Part shown: in pieces, positions 10,394-20,509 of the stretch | Layout of the letters: each line of letters opens with the position of its first letter | Numbering within the stretch: position 1 is the first letter of the stretch | Position numbers and translations under genes: made by a program | Notes under the pieces: model-generated | What the model was told of the DNA's origin: nothing | The model's input: the letters and a program-made list of their open reading frames with translations, nothing else | Databases searched by the model: none | Assembly (NCBI GenBank): GCA_041653795.1 | Contig: JBAZER010000004.1 | Location: forward strand, 8,493 to 72,492 | Length of the DNA stretch: 64,000 bases | Source of the DNA: Candidatus Omnitrophota bacterium | GTDB taxonomy: Bacteria; Omnitrophota; Omnitrophia; Omnitrophales; Aquincolibacteriaceae | Direction: 5' to 3'

Positions 10394-11250
10394 GCGTAAC
10401 CGAACAGCATGTGACAGCCGCCGTACAAGCCGTTGCGCAGGTCCAGGAACAGGCTACCGAAGAACTCCCGAGTCTGATCACGGTTCTGGAGCATTTTTTC
10501 CCGAAATCCCATTTTATCCATTTTTTGTTTTCCTGGGAAAATCTCGTTTTTTCATTTTTGATTTTGGGTTTCATTGCCTTTCAATCGATCCGTGCTGCGC
10601 GAAAAAACGAATTTCTCCCTAAAGGTCTTCAGAACCGCTGGGAACTCGTCATGGAAGGCCTTGCCGAATTCGTCACCGGCATTCTCGGGCCCCGGGGCAT
10701 GGAACATGTCCCTTTCCTCGGAACGATGTTCATCTATATTCTTCTCCAGAATTGGCTCGGGCTTGTCCCCTTGATGAGATCGCCGACCAGTGCGTGGAGC
10801 ACCACGATCGCTTTGGCGCTCATTACCACGGTCTACATCCAGTGGGTCGGCATCAAAGAACACGGCTTCGTTAATTATGTGAAGCATCTCGCCGGGAACC
10901 CTGTCGGGATTCTGGGGTTTGCACTCGTCCCGCTCATGCTCGTCATCAATTTGAGCATCGAGTTCTTCGCCGTGCCCTTGAGCCTCTCGCTTCGTCTTTT
11001 TGCCAATGTCTCAAGCGAGGACAAACTGCTCTACAAATTCGCGGAATTGAACGCGATGTACTACTGGCTGCCGTTCTTTTTCCAGCTCTTCGCCAATGTC
11101 CTCGTCATTCTCTTCAGCTTCATTCAAGCTTTTGTTTTCCTTTTGCTCTCGACTGTGTATATTTCACTGATCATGCCGCATGAACACGACGAGGGCCATG
11201 ACGCGGCGCCTGAAAAACCATCAAGTCCTGTTCATCCACCCTCAACGTAA
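10390..11250 (+). CDS. atpB: F0F1 ATP synthase subunit a
   Basis: 286 aa polytopic protein; LSLSLRLFANV contains the conserved Arg of subunit a; operon position. Confidence 0.9.
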   Translation: MSVTEQHVTAAVQAVAQVQEQATEELPSLITVLEHFFPKSHFIHFLFSWENLVFSFLILGFIAFQSIRAARKNEFLPKGLQNRWELVMEGLAEFVTGILGPRGMEHVPFLGTMFIYILLQNWLGLVPLMRSPTSAWSTTIALALITTVYIQWVGIKEHGFVNYVKHLAGNPVGILGFALVPLMLVINLSIEFFAVPLSLSLRLFANVSSEDKLLYKFAELNAMYYWLPFFFQLFANVLVILFSFIQAFVFLLLSTVYISLIMPHEHDEGHDAAPEKPSSPVHPPST

Positions 11251-11261
11251 GGAGAATCACT

Positions 11262-11492
11262 ATGGATTCGCATATTGCATTAGGTTTCGCACTTCCGCTC
11301 GGACTTGCCATCACAGCGTTCGGGTCGGCAATCGCCCTCGGCAAAGCCGTCGCCGCGGCCATGGACGCCACGGGCCGCCAGCCTGAAGCTTCTCAAAAGA
11401 TCCTGGTCAATATGATGGCCGGCTGCGCGCTGATCGAGGCGTTGACGCTTTATGTGTTGATCTTCGGTTTCGTGTTGATGGGAAAGATCTAG
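11262..11492 (+). CDS. atpE: F0F1 ATP synthase subunit c
   Basis: 76 aa hairpin; GRQPEA loop and the carboxylate in ALIEALTLY. Confidence 0.9.
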   Translation: MDSHIALGFALPLGLAITAFGSAIALGKAVAAAMDATGRQPEASQKILVNMMAGCALIEALTLYVLIFGFVLMGKI

Positions 11493-11591
11493 CCTTGTCT
11501 TACATTCTGTTCTTAAAGGGCGACAAGGCTTGCCCCATCCCGCCTTTGTGGCGGCGGGATGATAAGAATTGGGACTAAACAAGAAACGCTT

Positions 11592-12092
11592 ATGGAATTC
11601 TTTCAAGAGAACATCCATCTCACAGAGGTCCTGGTCCAGCTCATCGCTTTCCTGATCGTGTTTTTCACGCTCAAGAGATTCGCGTGGAAACCGCTTCTCG
11701 CCATCATCAAATCCCGGCGCGAGCGGTTCGAAAGCGAATGGGGCGGGATCGAGAAGACCAAGCAAGAGGTTGCCGCACTTCAAAAGGATTACCTCGCGCA
11801 TCTTCAGAAAATCGAAGAAGAGGCCCGCGCCAAAATGCAGGAGGCCATCCAGGAAGGACGCCGCCTCGCGCGTGAGATCCAGGAAAAGGCGCGCCTGGAA
11901 TCCCAGACCTCGTTTGAAAAGGCAAAGGCCAATATCGAACTCGAAGTCCAGAAAGCGCGGCTCACGCTCCGCCAGGAGATCGCCGAGCTTTCGATCCGTG
12001 TCGCGGAAAAGATCCTGGCGGAAAAAATGAACACCGCCCAGCAAGAGAAAAAAGCCCTGGAAATCCTCGGGGAGCTTGAGAAAAAACTATGA
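11592..12092 (+). CDS. atpF: F0F1 ATP synthase subunit b
   Basis: ORF 11559..12092; N-terminal TM helix then a long charged coiled coil; start taken at MEFFQENI. Confidence 0.85.
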   Translation: MEFFQENIHLTEVLVQLIAFLIVFFTLKRFAWKPLLAIIKSRRERFESEWGGIEKTKQEVAALQKDYLAHLQKIEEEARAKMQEAIQEGRRLAREIQEKARLESQTSFEKAKANIELEVQKARLTLRQEIAELSIRVAEKILAEKMNTAQQEKKALEILGELEKKL

Positions 12093-12679
12093 GTGACGCC
12101 ATCGCAGCGGGCCGTTATACCCGCGCCTTATTCGAGCTCGCGGAAAAAGAAGGTCATCTCGCAGAAATAGACGCCGGACTCCATGCACTTGCCAAAATCC
12201 TGAAGGCTCAGCCGAAAGTCCTGCTCCTGATGGCGAATCCCACGCTCACAAATCAGGAAAAATACACCCTGGCGTTAAGCGCTCTCGCGGGAGAAAAGAC
12301 GGGGCTTTTGGAAAGATTCCTCCGGGTCCTGATCGATAAAAAACGTTTCGCGCTCCTGCCGGAGATCGAAAAGATTTTTCACGACCGTTTTGAGAAAAAA
12401 CAAGGTGTTCAGGAAGTCGAGATGCTTTCGGCCGTACCGCTTTCCTCCGAATTCCTTGGAAAACTCAAAGCCGTCCTCACAAAGAAGCTCCGAGCTTCCT
12501 CCCTTGCCGTGGGGCCCGGAGCCCGGACAGAGATCCGTCTGATCCCCAGAACCGACCGGGACCTTCTCGGAGGATTCATTCTGCGCTTTAACGGGAAAGA
12601 GATTGATTGTAGTTTTAAAAACCGTCTTTATGAGATCCAACAAAAACTTTTCAGCTCCGCCGAAGAAGGGATCGCCTGA
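12089..12679 (+). CDS. atpH: F0F1 ATP synthase subunit delta
   Basis: 196 aa; [16 protein letters not shown]/delta N-terminus; ATGA overlap with atpF. Confidence 0.85.
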   Translation: MSDAIAAGRYTRALFELAEKEGHLAEIDAGLHALAKILKAQPKVLLLMANPTLTNQEKYTLALSALAGEKTGLLERFLRVLIDKKRFALLPEIEKIFHDRFEKKQGVQEVEMLSAVPLSSEFLGKLKAVLTKKLRASSLAVGPGARTEIRLIPRTDRDLLGGFILRFNGKEIDCSFKNRLYEIQQKLFSSAEEGIA

Positions 12680-14181
12680 TGCTCAAACCCGAGGAAGTCA
12701 CGCAAGCCATTCAAAAAGAGATCCAGAAATATCAAACGAAGCTCGAGATGCAGTCGGTAGGTTACGTCCTGCAGGTGGGCGACGGCATCGCCCGCGTGTA
12801 CGGCCTCGACGAGGTCATGGCCGGCGAGCTCGTCACATTTCGTGACGGGACGACGGGCCTGGTGCTCAATCTTGAACCGCATCATGTCGGTGTTGTCATC
12901 CTCGGCGAAGACCGTAACATCAAGGAAGGCGACCAGGTCAAACGCACGGGGAAGATCGCGCAGGTCCCGGTAGGTGACGCCTTGAAAGGCCGCGTCATCA
13001 ATCCGCTCGGAGAGCCGCTCGACGACAAGGGGCCGATCGTCACGCAAAGAACTCGCCCGATCGAATCCCTGCCGCCTTCCGTGGTCCAGCGCCAACCTGT
13101 CAAAGAACCTTTGCAGACCGGTATCAAGTCCATTGACGCCATGATTCCGATCGGCCGCGGCCAGCGAGAACTTATCATCGGCGATCGCCAGACGGGTAAG
13201 ACCGCCATCCTGATCGACACGATCCTCAATCAAAAGACCTCGGGGGTCCATTGCATCTATGTCGCGATCGGCCAGAAACTTTCCAGCGTTGTGGCGCTCA
13301 CCGAAACGCTCGAAAAACACGGCGCCATGGAATACACCACGATCGTGTCTGCCTCTTCCGACGATCCGGCCCCGCTTCAGTATCTCGCGCCTTATGCCGG
13401 CGCCGCGATCGGTGAGGAGTCCCTTTTTACGGGCAAACACGCTCTTGTTGTCTACGACGACCTCTCCAAACATGCCGTCGCCTACCGCCAGCTGTCGCTG
13501 CTTCTGCAACGGCCTCCGGGACGCGAAGCGTATCCGGGAGATGTTTTTTATCTTCATTCACGGTTGCTCGAACGCGCGGCCAAATTACGCGAGGACATGG
13601 GAGGCGGCTCGCTCACCGCGCTTCCTGTGATCGAAACGCAGCTCGGCGATATTTCGGCTTACATTCCGACGAACGTTATTTCCATCACAGACGGACAGAT
13701 CTATCTGGAAAGCGATCTTTTCTACGCGGGCGTGCGGCCGGCCATCAATGTCGGCCTTTCCGTTTCGCGCGTCGGCGGAAACGCCCAAACCAAAGCCATG
13801 AAACAGGTCGCCGGCACGTTGCGCCTCGCACTCGCTCAATACCGCGAACTCCAGGCCTTTGCCCAGCTCGCGACCGACCTCGACAAGACCACCAAAGACC
13901 AGCTCACACGCGGCGAACGCATGACCGAGATCCTGAAGCAGACTGACCTCCATCCGCTTCCCCTTGAGCGTCAAATCGTAAGCATTTTCGCGGGCAATGA
14001 AGGCTTCCTCGATGACATTCCCTCTTCCAAGGTGCGGGATTTTGAAAAAAATCTCTGGGATTTCATCGACAAGAATTATCAGGAGATCTTTATAGAGATC
14101 GCGGAGAAGAAAATCCTTTCCGACACGTTGAAAGAAGATCTGAAGCAGGCGATCATAAAGTTCAAAAACAATTTCAAATGA
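12679..14181 (+). CDS. atpA: F0F1 ATP synthase subunit alpha
   Basis: 500 aa; Walker A GDRQTGKT; [22 protein letters not shown]. Confidence 0.95.
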   Translation: MLKPEEVTQAIQKEIQKYQTKLEMQSVGYVLQVGDGIARVYGLDEVMAGELVTFRDGTTGLVLNLEPHHVGVVILGEDRNIKEGDQVKRTGKIAQVPVGDALKGRVINPLGEPLDDKGPIVTQRTRPIESLPPSVVQRQPVKEPLQTGIKSIDAMIPIGRGQRELIIGDRQTGKTAILIDTILNQKTSGVHCIYVAIGQKLSSVVALTETLEKHGAMEYTTIVSASSDDPAPLQYLAPYAGAAIGEESLFTGKHALVVYDDLSKHAVAYRQLSLLLQRPPGREAYPGDVFYLHSRLLERAAKLREDMGGGSLTALPVIETQLGDISAYIPTNVISITDGQIYLESDLFYAGVRPAINVGLSVSRVGGNAQTKAMKQVAGTLRLALAQYRELQAFAQLATDLDKTTKDQLTRGERMTEILKQTDLHPLPLERQIVSIFAGNEGFLDDIPSSKVRDFEKNLWDFIDKNYQEIFIEIAEKKILSDTLKEDLKQAIIKFKNNFK

Positions 14182-14183
14182 AA

Positions 14184-14260
14184 GGAACTCGTAGCTCGGG
14201 GCTAGGGACTCGTAAAAATAAGAAACAGAACGAGTCCCGAGGAACTAGTCCCGAGTCCCG
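14184..14260. repeat. family E palindromic repeat in the atpA-atpG spacer
   Basis: GGAACTCGTAGCTCGGGGCTAGGGACTCG...CGAGTCCCGAGGAACTAGTCCCGAGTCCCG. Confidence 0.65.
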
Positions 14261-14270
14261 TTTTTAAAAA

Positions 14271-15140
14271 ATGTCAGGTCAATTACGAGCACTAAAAAAC
14301 AGGATCCGGGGTGTTGAAAGCACCCAAAAGATCACCAGGGCCATGGAAATGGTGGCCGCGGCGAAGCTTAAGCGTTTTCAAAAATTGCGTGAGCAAACGA
14401 TTCCCTATGTCCAGGCACTGGAAGGGATTTTGAACCGTCTGCTCGCCACGGATATTCCGGTCCAGCATCCCCTGCTTGAAACGCGTGAAGAAAAAAAGAC
14501 TGCGCTTCTCGTGATCACGTCCGATACCGGCCTCTGCGGTTCCTACAATCAAAGTCTTATTGAGGAAGCTAAAAAATTCCTGCGGGATAGTTCCAAAGCA
14601 CCTCTTCTCATCGGTGTCGGCAAGAACGGCGTCAACGCCCTTTCGCGCACGGGGCACACGTGGCATCAGGTCTTCACGGACACCAAGACCGCGCAATTCG
14701 AGTCCGTGATCACACAAACAAGCTCTTTGGTTGAAACGCTTTTTACGGAAAGAAAGGTCGACGCCGTCTACGCGATCTATGCCCATTTCACGGGCAAATC
14801 TGTTCCTCGCGCCACGAACGAAAAACTCCTTCCGTTCCATCTGGAAAAAAACGGCCACGAACCGGGCGAGACGTCCAACCTGTATATCATGGAGCCCGGC
14901 CGCGAGGCCTTGTTCACACGGCTCGTTCCGCTCGTTTTCGCGGCCAAGATACGCATGATTTTCATGGAATCCATGATCGCGGAGCACACGGCACGCATGA
15001 ACGCCATGTACCAGGCCACCGAAAATGCAAAAGAACTGATCGACACACTTGTTCTCTTAAGGAACAAGGTCCGGCAAGCAGCTATTACAAACGAACTTAT
15101 CGAGATTGTTTCGGGCTCAAAAGCTCTTAAAAGCATGTAA
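14271..15140 (+). CDS. atpG: F0F1 ATP synthase subunit gamma
   Basis: 289 aa; LRALKNRIRGVESTQKITRAMEMVAAAKL N-terminus and ITNELIEIVSG C-terminus. Confidence 0.9.
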   Translation: MSGQLRALKNRIRGVESTQKITRAMEMVAAAKLKRFQKLREQTIPYVQALEGILNRLLATDIPVQHPLLETREEKKTALLVITSDTGLCGSYNQSLIEEAKKFLRDSSKAPLLIGVGKNGVNALSRTGHTWHQVFTDTKTAQFESVITQTSSLVETLFTERKVDAVYAIYAHFTGKSVPRATNEKLLPFHLEKNGHEPGETSNLYIMEPGREALFTRLVPLVFAAKIRMIFMESMIAEHTARMNAMYQATENAKELIDTLVLLRNKVRQAAITNELIEIVSGSKALKSM

Positions 15141-15142
15141 TA

Positions 15143-15220
15143 GGGACTCGTTCCTCGGGACTCGCCCCTCGTTTTTATTTTGAACCTTTACGAGGTATGA
15201 ATCCCGAGTCTTCAGTCCCG
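15143..15220. repeat. family E palindromic repeat in the atpG-atpD spacer
   Basis: GGGACTCGTTCCTCGGGACTCG...CCCGAGTCTTCAGTCCCG. Confidence 0.6.
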
Positions 15221-15243
15221 GTTTTTGATAAAAGTAATTTTAA

Positions 15244-16656
<1,413 letters not shown>

Positions 16657-16675
16657 AACGGATCTTTTTTCTTCT

Positions 16676-16862
16676 GTCATTGCGAGCCTGCGTCCGCCAG
16701 AGGCGGATCCGCCTTTGGCGGAAAGCAATCTCACTTTTACAAAAAGAGATTGCCACGTACTTGCCCTTGTTTTTTTGAATGATTGGGCAAGTACAGCACT
16801 GGCTTCCAATATAGAATTTAATGAAAGCCAGGCGTCGCCCTTTTGGGGCTCCTCGCAATGAC
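16676..16862. repeat. 187-bp composite repeat (family D termini GTCATTGCGAG...CTCGCAATGAC enclosing family F and other modules) between atpD and atpC
   Basis: Terminal inverted repeats GTCATTGCGAG / CTCGCAATGAC. The inner CCGCCAGAGGCGGATCCGCCTTTGGCGG and AGTACAGCACTGG..CCAGGCGTCGC modules recur at 19643-19700. Confidence 0.65.
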
Positions 16863-16896
16863 ACAACATTCGCAAAACTCAAAAAGATAACTGCCC

Positions 16897-17169
16897 ATGG
16901 CCGCATCCTACTCGCTGAAGATCATCACGCCGCAAGGAGTCGCCTATGAAGGAACAGTCCTGCATACGTTCCTCCCCACGGAGAACGGCTTTGTCGGCGT
17001 GCTGGCCCATCATGCGCCGTATCTGGTATCTTCCAAGGGCGGAAAAATGGTGGTCAAGGAAAGCGTCGGACTTGAGAAGGACTTTCAGGTAGGCCCCGGA
17101 TTCTTTGAAATCAATCACGACCAGGCCGTGTTTCTCAGCACGACTTTCATTGATGGAAACAAACAGTAA
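16897..17169 (+). CDS. atpC: F0F1 ATP synthase subunit epsilon, short form (beta-sandwich domain only)
   Basis: 90 aa; LKIITPQGVAYEGTV...GFVGVLAHHAPYL is typical of the epsilon N-domain. No C-terminal helical hairpin is encoded. Confidence 0.8.
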   Translation: MAASYSLKIITPQGVAYEGTVLHTFLPTENGFVGVLAHHAPYLVSSKGGKMVVKESVGLEKDFQVGPGFFEINHDQAVFLSTTFIDGNKQ

Positions 17170-17269
17170 AAAGTCGTGGTTGTCCTGACCTTCTTAGAAA
17201 AAAAATAAAAAAGTCAGGGTGCGCAGATCTGCAGTGCCAGAACTTAGAGACTCTAACAAAGTAAAGTTT

Positions 17270-17331
17270 GTCATCCCCGCGAAATCGGGGATCCAGAGAG
17301 TGGATTCCCGATTGAAGCACTCGGGAATGAC
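17270..17331. mobile_element. family C double-hairpin MITE (62 bp)
   Basis: GTCATCCCCGCGAAATCGGGGATCCAGAGAGTGGATTCCCGATTGAAGCACTCGGGAATGAC. Confidence 0.7.
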
Positions 17332-17347
17332 ATTTTGTCAGAAGTTC

Positions 17348-17824
17348 TTAGAAGACCAACCCCATCACGAGAAGCCCCAGCCCGATCGCGGCAGAGCTCA
17401 ACACCACCACACGGAACGCGAGCGGCTCCGCGAGAAGCGCCGTCAGGAACTCCCGGGACTTCTTGTAAAAGAAGACAAGCGGCACGACCTTGATCAGGCC
17501 GAGGCTGACCACCAGCGTCACCACAAAGTTTTCCATGCTCGCGGCCCTCGCCACGAGTTTTGTTTCTTGATGGTTGGCGAGGACCGCCCCAATTTCAGAT
17601 TCTCTGAAATTGATAAGTATTGGGACGGCCTTCGCCAATTCCATCCAGGTCCATAAAACAAGGGCTAACACCAGCGCCCCAGCGATCAGCAACCAGCGTG
17701 GTCGCTCTTCCGGATAAAGCTTCGCGATGAGCCGCTTCAGACCTTCCACAGAAAAAACGGCCCACACGCCTCCAAGGACCATCCCCGCGCCCAACACGAT
17801 ACTCAAAATTTTAAAGTAATTCAT
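17348..17824 (-). CDS. hypothetical membrane protein containing an in-frame family B repeat
   Basis: 158 aa with about 4 hydrophobic helices. The segment AVPILINFRESEIGAVL is encoded by the repeat at 17587-17626. ATGA overlap with the upstream small ORF. Confidence 0.5.
   Translation of the reverse strand: MNYFKILSIVLGAGMVLGGVWAVFSVEGLKRLIAKLYPEERPRWLLIAGALVLALVLWTWMELAKAVPILINFRESEIGAVLANHQETKLVARAASMENFVVTLVVSLGLIKVVPLVFFYKKSREFLTALLAEPLAFRVVVLSSAAIGLGLLVMGLVF
17587..17626. repeat. family B hairpin unit inside a CDS
   Basis: CCCCAATTTCAGATTCTCTGAAATTGATAAGTATTGGGAC. Confidence 0.7.
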
Positions 17825-18024
17825 CGATCCATCCTCTCATCAGTCTTCGGTTTCCTGTTTGCAGCCTGTTTTTTTCGCCCTTCAATGATCAGCGCTACGC
17901 CGGCCAGAAAAAACGAGAGGAACCCCAGAAATGAAAAGACGATGCTGGGCAGGGTCCCCACCCAGAACGCGCAGAGGATCAGCGTTAACCCGGGGAGAAA
18001 ATATTTCCAAAGATAATTTTTCAT
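17821..18024 (-). CDS. small two-TM membrane protein (copy 1)
   Basis: ORF 17821..18042; MKNYLWKYFLPGLTLILCAFWVGTLPSIVFSFLGFLSFFLAGVALIIEGRKK. A paralog lies at 21258-21440. Confidence 0.5.
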   Translation of the reverse strand: MKNYLWKYFLPGLTLILCAFWVGTLPSIVFSFLGFLSFFLAGVALIIEGRKKQAANRKPKTDERMDR

Positions 18025-18027
18025 AAT

Positions 18028-18100
18028 CTCAATACCTTTCAATTTTTACGAAGCGGTCCCAATTCCAATCAATCGAAGCGGAACAGAGATTGGGGCTGCC
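18028..18100. repeat. tandem family B units
   Basis: CTCAATACCTTTCAATTTTTACGAAGCG + GTCCCAATTCCAATCAATCGAAGCGGAACAGAGATTGGGGC; same two-unit arrangement as 37559-37646. Confidence 0.65.
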
Positions 18101-18170
18101 CTGATTACCATTCCGGAAACATTCTCGCAGAATCGATGAAGAGTGAAAAATAAAAAAGGGTCACACCTAT

Positions 18171-18248
18171 TTATTCCCTTACCCTTACCGCATATTCTTT
18201 CTCGAGTAAATGGTTGTTAAGGTAGACCTGTTTTCCGGATTTGTCGCT
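18171..18248 (-). pseudogene. 3' remnant of a SNase-type nuclease gene (last ~25 codons)
   Basis: Hand translation RSDKSGKQVYLNNHLLEKEYAVRVRE* versus the C-termini VDKTGKQIYLNNLLLEKGYAVRVRD* (19790 gene) and ECYLNNLLLEKGYAVKVRN* (22123 gene). It abuts the Fic stop codon. Confidence 0.55.
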
Positions 18249-19422
18249 ACGTGTTTGCTTCCGGGCCCGTGAACCGGTACCGGGTTGAGCGGCCGGAACC
18301 TTCGGCTGTAAGAAGCCCGAGCTTCATCAAATGAATGAAATCCTTGCGGGCGGTCTCGTCGGAGCAGTGGTTCAACTTGCAATATTTCCGGGTCGTGATC
18401 CATTCCCCGCTTTTCATCATCCACCGTAATGCCTTGATGTGTTTTTTGTCCAATCTTGCCCATGTATTCTGCCCGAGCACTTGTTTGATATCTTTGATCT
18501 TCCCCTCTTTTTCGAGCTGGGATTTGACCCGGACAAGCTGGTCTCTCAAGGCTTCCAGGTAGTAGAGGACAAAATAGGTCGCGTCATAGCCATGTTCTTC
18601 GGCCGCCTGGATGGACTTGTAGTAAGCGACCTTGTGATGCTCGAAATAGTCCGAGGGCGCGAGAAGGTTGATGAAACCATACCCCTGTTTTTCAAGATAG
18701 AGGTTGGAAAGGGCCCTGGCACTCCGTCCGTTCCCATCATCAAAGGGATGGACATGAACGAAGTAAAGATGCACAAGGGCGGCATTCACAAGCGGATGGA
18801 TCCCCGTCTCGCGATTCATCCATTCTATAAAGCGGTCCATCATGCCCGGGACTTCCAGCGCCGGGGGCCCTTCGTAAACAGCCCGGCCGTGTCCGTCCAC
18901 AACATAGATGGGGCCTTTGCGATACTGGCCGACCGTAATAGGACGATCCTTGTGGGTGTTGTAGACCAGGATCTTGTGCAGTCCATGGATTCTCTCATGA
19001 GTAAAAGGATCCGCTTTATGCTTGTGCATGAATTCCAGGGCAAGTTTGTTGTTGTAGATCATCTGCATGCTTTCATCCGCGAAATCTTTTTTCTTCCGGT
19101 CCATGTTGCGAAGCGCCGCTTCCAGAGAGGTGACAGCCCCCTCGATGCGGCTCGAATAATAGGCTTCCTGCTTGAGAGCGCTCCTGGAAAGCGCCGAGAC
19201 AGAAACGGGGGAAAGTTTGAGGGATGAGAGAAATCCCTTATCCTGAGAGATCGCGGAAATAAGGGAAAGGACCTCCGGGACCAGAACCATCCAAAAGGGT
19301 TTTCCATTCTTTGCGGGCAAGCCGACGGCTTGGGCTTTTTTAGCTCTTTCTTTTCCGAAAGCCATCCACGCCTTTTCGCCTAGAGCCCCTATAGCTTGTG
19401 ATCTTGTCAGATAAGCGTTCAT
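18247..19422 (-). CDS. Fic-family protein (class II, intramolecular inhibitory motif) with C-terminal wHTH
   Basis: 391 aa; Fic motif HPFDDGNGRSARAL (HxFx[DE]GNGRxxR); N-terminal SSRIEG matches the [ST]xxxE[GN] inhibitory helix. Confidence 0.85.
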   Translation of the reverse strand: MNAYLTRSQAIGALGEKAWMAFGKERAKKAQAVGLPAKNGKPFWMVLVPEVLSLISAISQDKGFLSSLKLSPVSVSALSRSALKQEAYYSSRIEGAVTSLEAALRNMDRKKKDFADESMQMIYNNKLALEFMHKHKADPFTHERIHGLHKILVYNTHKDRPITVGQYRKGPIYVVDGHGRAVYEGPPALEVPGMMDRFIEWMNRETGIHPLVNAALVHLYFVHVHPFDDGNGRSARALSNLYLEKQGYGFINLLAPSDYFEHHKVAYYKSIQAAEEHGYDATYFVLYYLEALRDQLVRVKSQLEKEGKIKDIKQVLGQNTWARLDKKHIKALRWMMKSGEWITTRKYCKLNHCSDETARKDFIHLMKLGLLTAEGSGRSTRYRFTGPEANT

Positions 19423-19789
19423 TTTGAGATCCCTATAATCGTACTTGCCTTAGAGGGCAAGCACGATAAAGTCGGAGCCCACGGTCAGCTCTGCACTTTA
19501 TCGCAAAGTTAATCGCCAACTATTCGCCAATTATTGTACCCGGCCTTTGGCGATTTGTCCAACCGGTATTATTCCCGTACTCTGACCGCACTTGCTCCCA
19601 GTGAGCAAGTACCATCGCGTACTGGCTATCATTAAAAGATCCATCGAAAGCCAGTACAGCACTGATTTCCAATAATTTTAGATGTGAATCAGGCGTCGCT
19701 CGTTAATGTCAGCCCTGGCTCTTTTTCAAACATTGAAGGTAGCCAGGACAGTCCAAACTACCTTTTAAAAAATGAAAAACAAAGTTTGG
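19423..19789. repeat. 367-bp intergenic stretch made of hairpin modules
   Basis: GTACTTGCCTTAGAGGGCAAGCAC, GCACTTGCTCCCAGTGAGCAAGTAC (cf. CACTTGCGCCAGTGCGCAAGTG at 22079-22100), and AGTACAGCACTGATTTCCAATAATTTTAGATGTGAATCAGGCGTCGC (cf. 16795-16850). Confidence 0.5.
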
Positions 19790-20509
19790 TCAGTCGCGTA
19801 CGCGAACGGCATATCCTTTTTCCAGCAACAGGTTGTTAAGGTAGATCTGTTTTCCGGTTTTATCTACATAAAAGACGTCGCCAAGATAGCGGCCCCATTT
19901 TTCTTTTCTTTGGGTGCGGGCGGATTTCAGAATAATGGACTCGCAATGGGCAAGTTCGCGCTCGACGAAACGCTTGGCAGCCCGGCCTTCTCCGCCCTGA
20001 ATCGTTCTTCGATTCAAGGACGGATCCGCCTTCTTTGTGGCGGAGTCCCCACTAAACTCGGGACAATCAATCCCCTTCAAACGGATGGTTTCATGCTTCT
20101 GGTCGTCAAAACCGGTGTCGATCTCGAAGTCACGCGAGGACCATTCCCCTTTCGCGGCCTTGTCCTCCAATGCGAGGCGCTTCTTCTCATCCGGCACCGT
20201 GATCAGTGCCCGGTAATGTGCCCAAGTCAACTTTGGCCGCGCGGCCAAAGTCGGGAATTTCTCGGCAAATCTCATGCAACGATAGAAGACCGTTTCTCCG
20301 AATCCAAGATCTTTCGCAAGATTGGCGACGATCTTTTTACCGTGTTCCTGATTCGGATTCTCAGACCTTTGGAGGTATTCATTAATAAGCCGGCCGGTCT
20401 CCCAGTAAGTACGGACTTTGGCTTCTTCTATTCTTTGTCGGCCGAGAAGAAGGGTTTCCTCAACCTTCTTGCGGAGCGCGGCATAGGTAGCGACGGAGAC
20501 GGTGTTCAT
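19790..20509 (-). CDS. DUF1016 N-terminal domain fused to a truncated staphylococcal-nuclease (SNase) domain
   Basis: ORF 19790..20671; ATG at 20509 gives an ATGA overlap with the methyltransferase stop. YWETGRLINEYL...LAKDLGFGETVFYRCMRFAEKFP (YhcG-like N-domain); IRLKGIDCPE and GRYLGDVFY..YLNNLLLEKGYAV (SNase motifs). Confidence 0.7.
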   Translation of the reverse strand: MNTVSVATYAALRKKVEETLLLGRQRIEEAKVRTYWETGRLINEYLQRSENPNQEHGKKIVANLAKDLGFGETVFYRCMRFAEKFPTLAARPKLTWAHYRALITVPDEKKRLALEDKAAKGEWSSRDFEIDTGFDDQKHETIRLKGIDCPEFSGDSATKKADPSLNRRTIQGGEGRAAKRFVERELAHCESIILKSARTQRKEKWGRYLGDVFYVDKTGKQIYLNNLLLEKGYAVRVRD

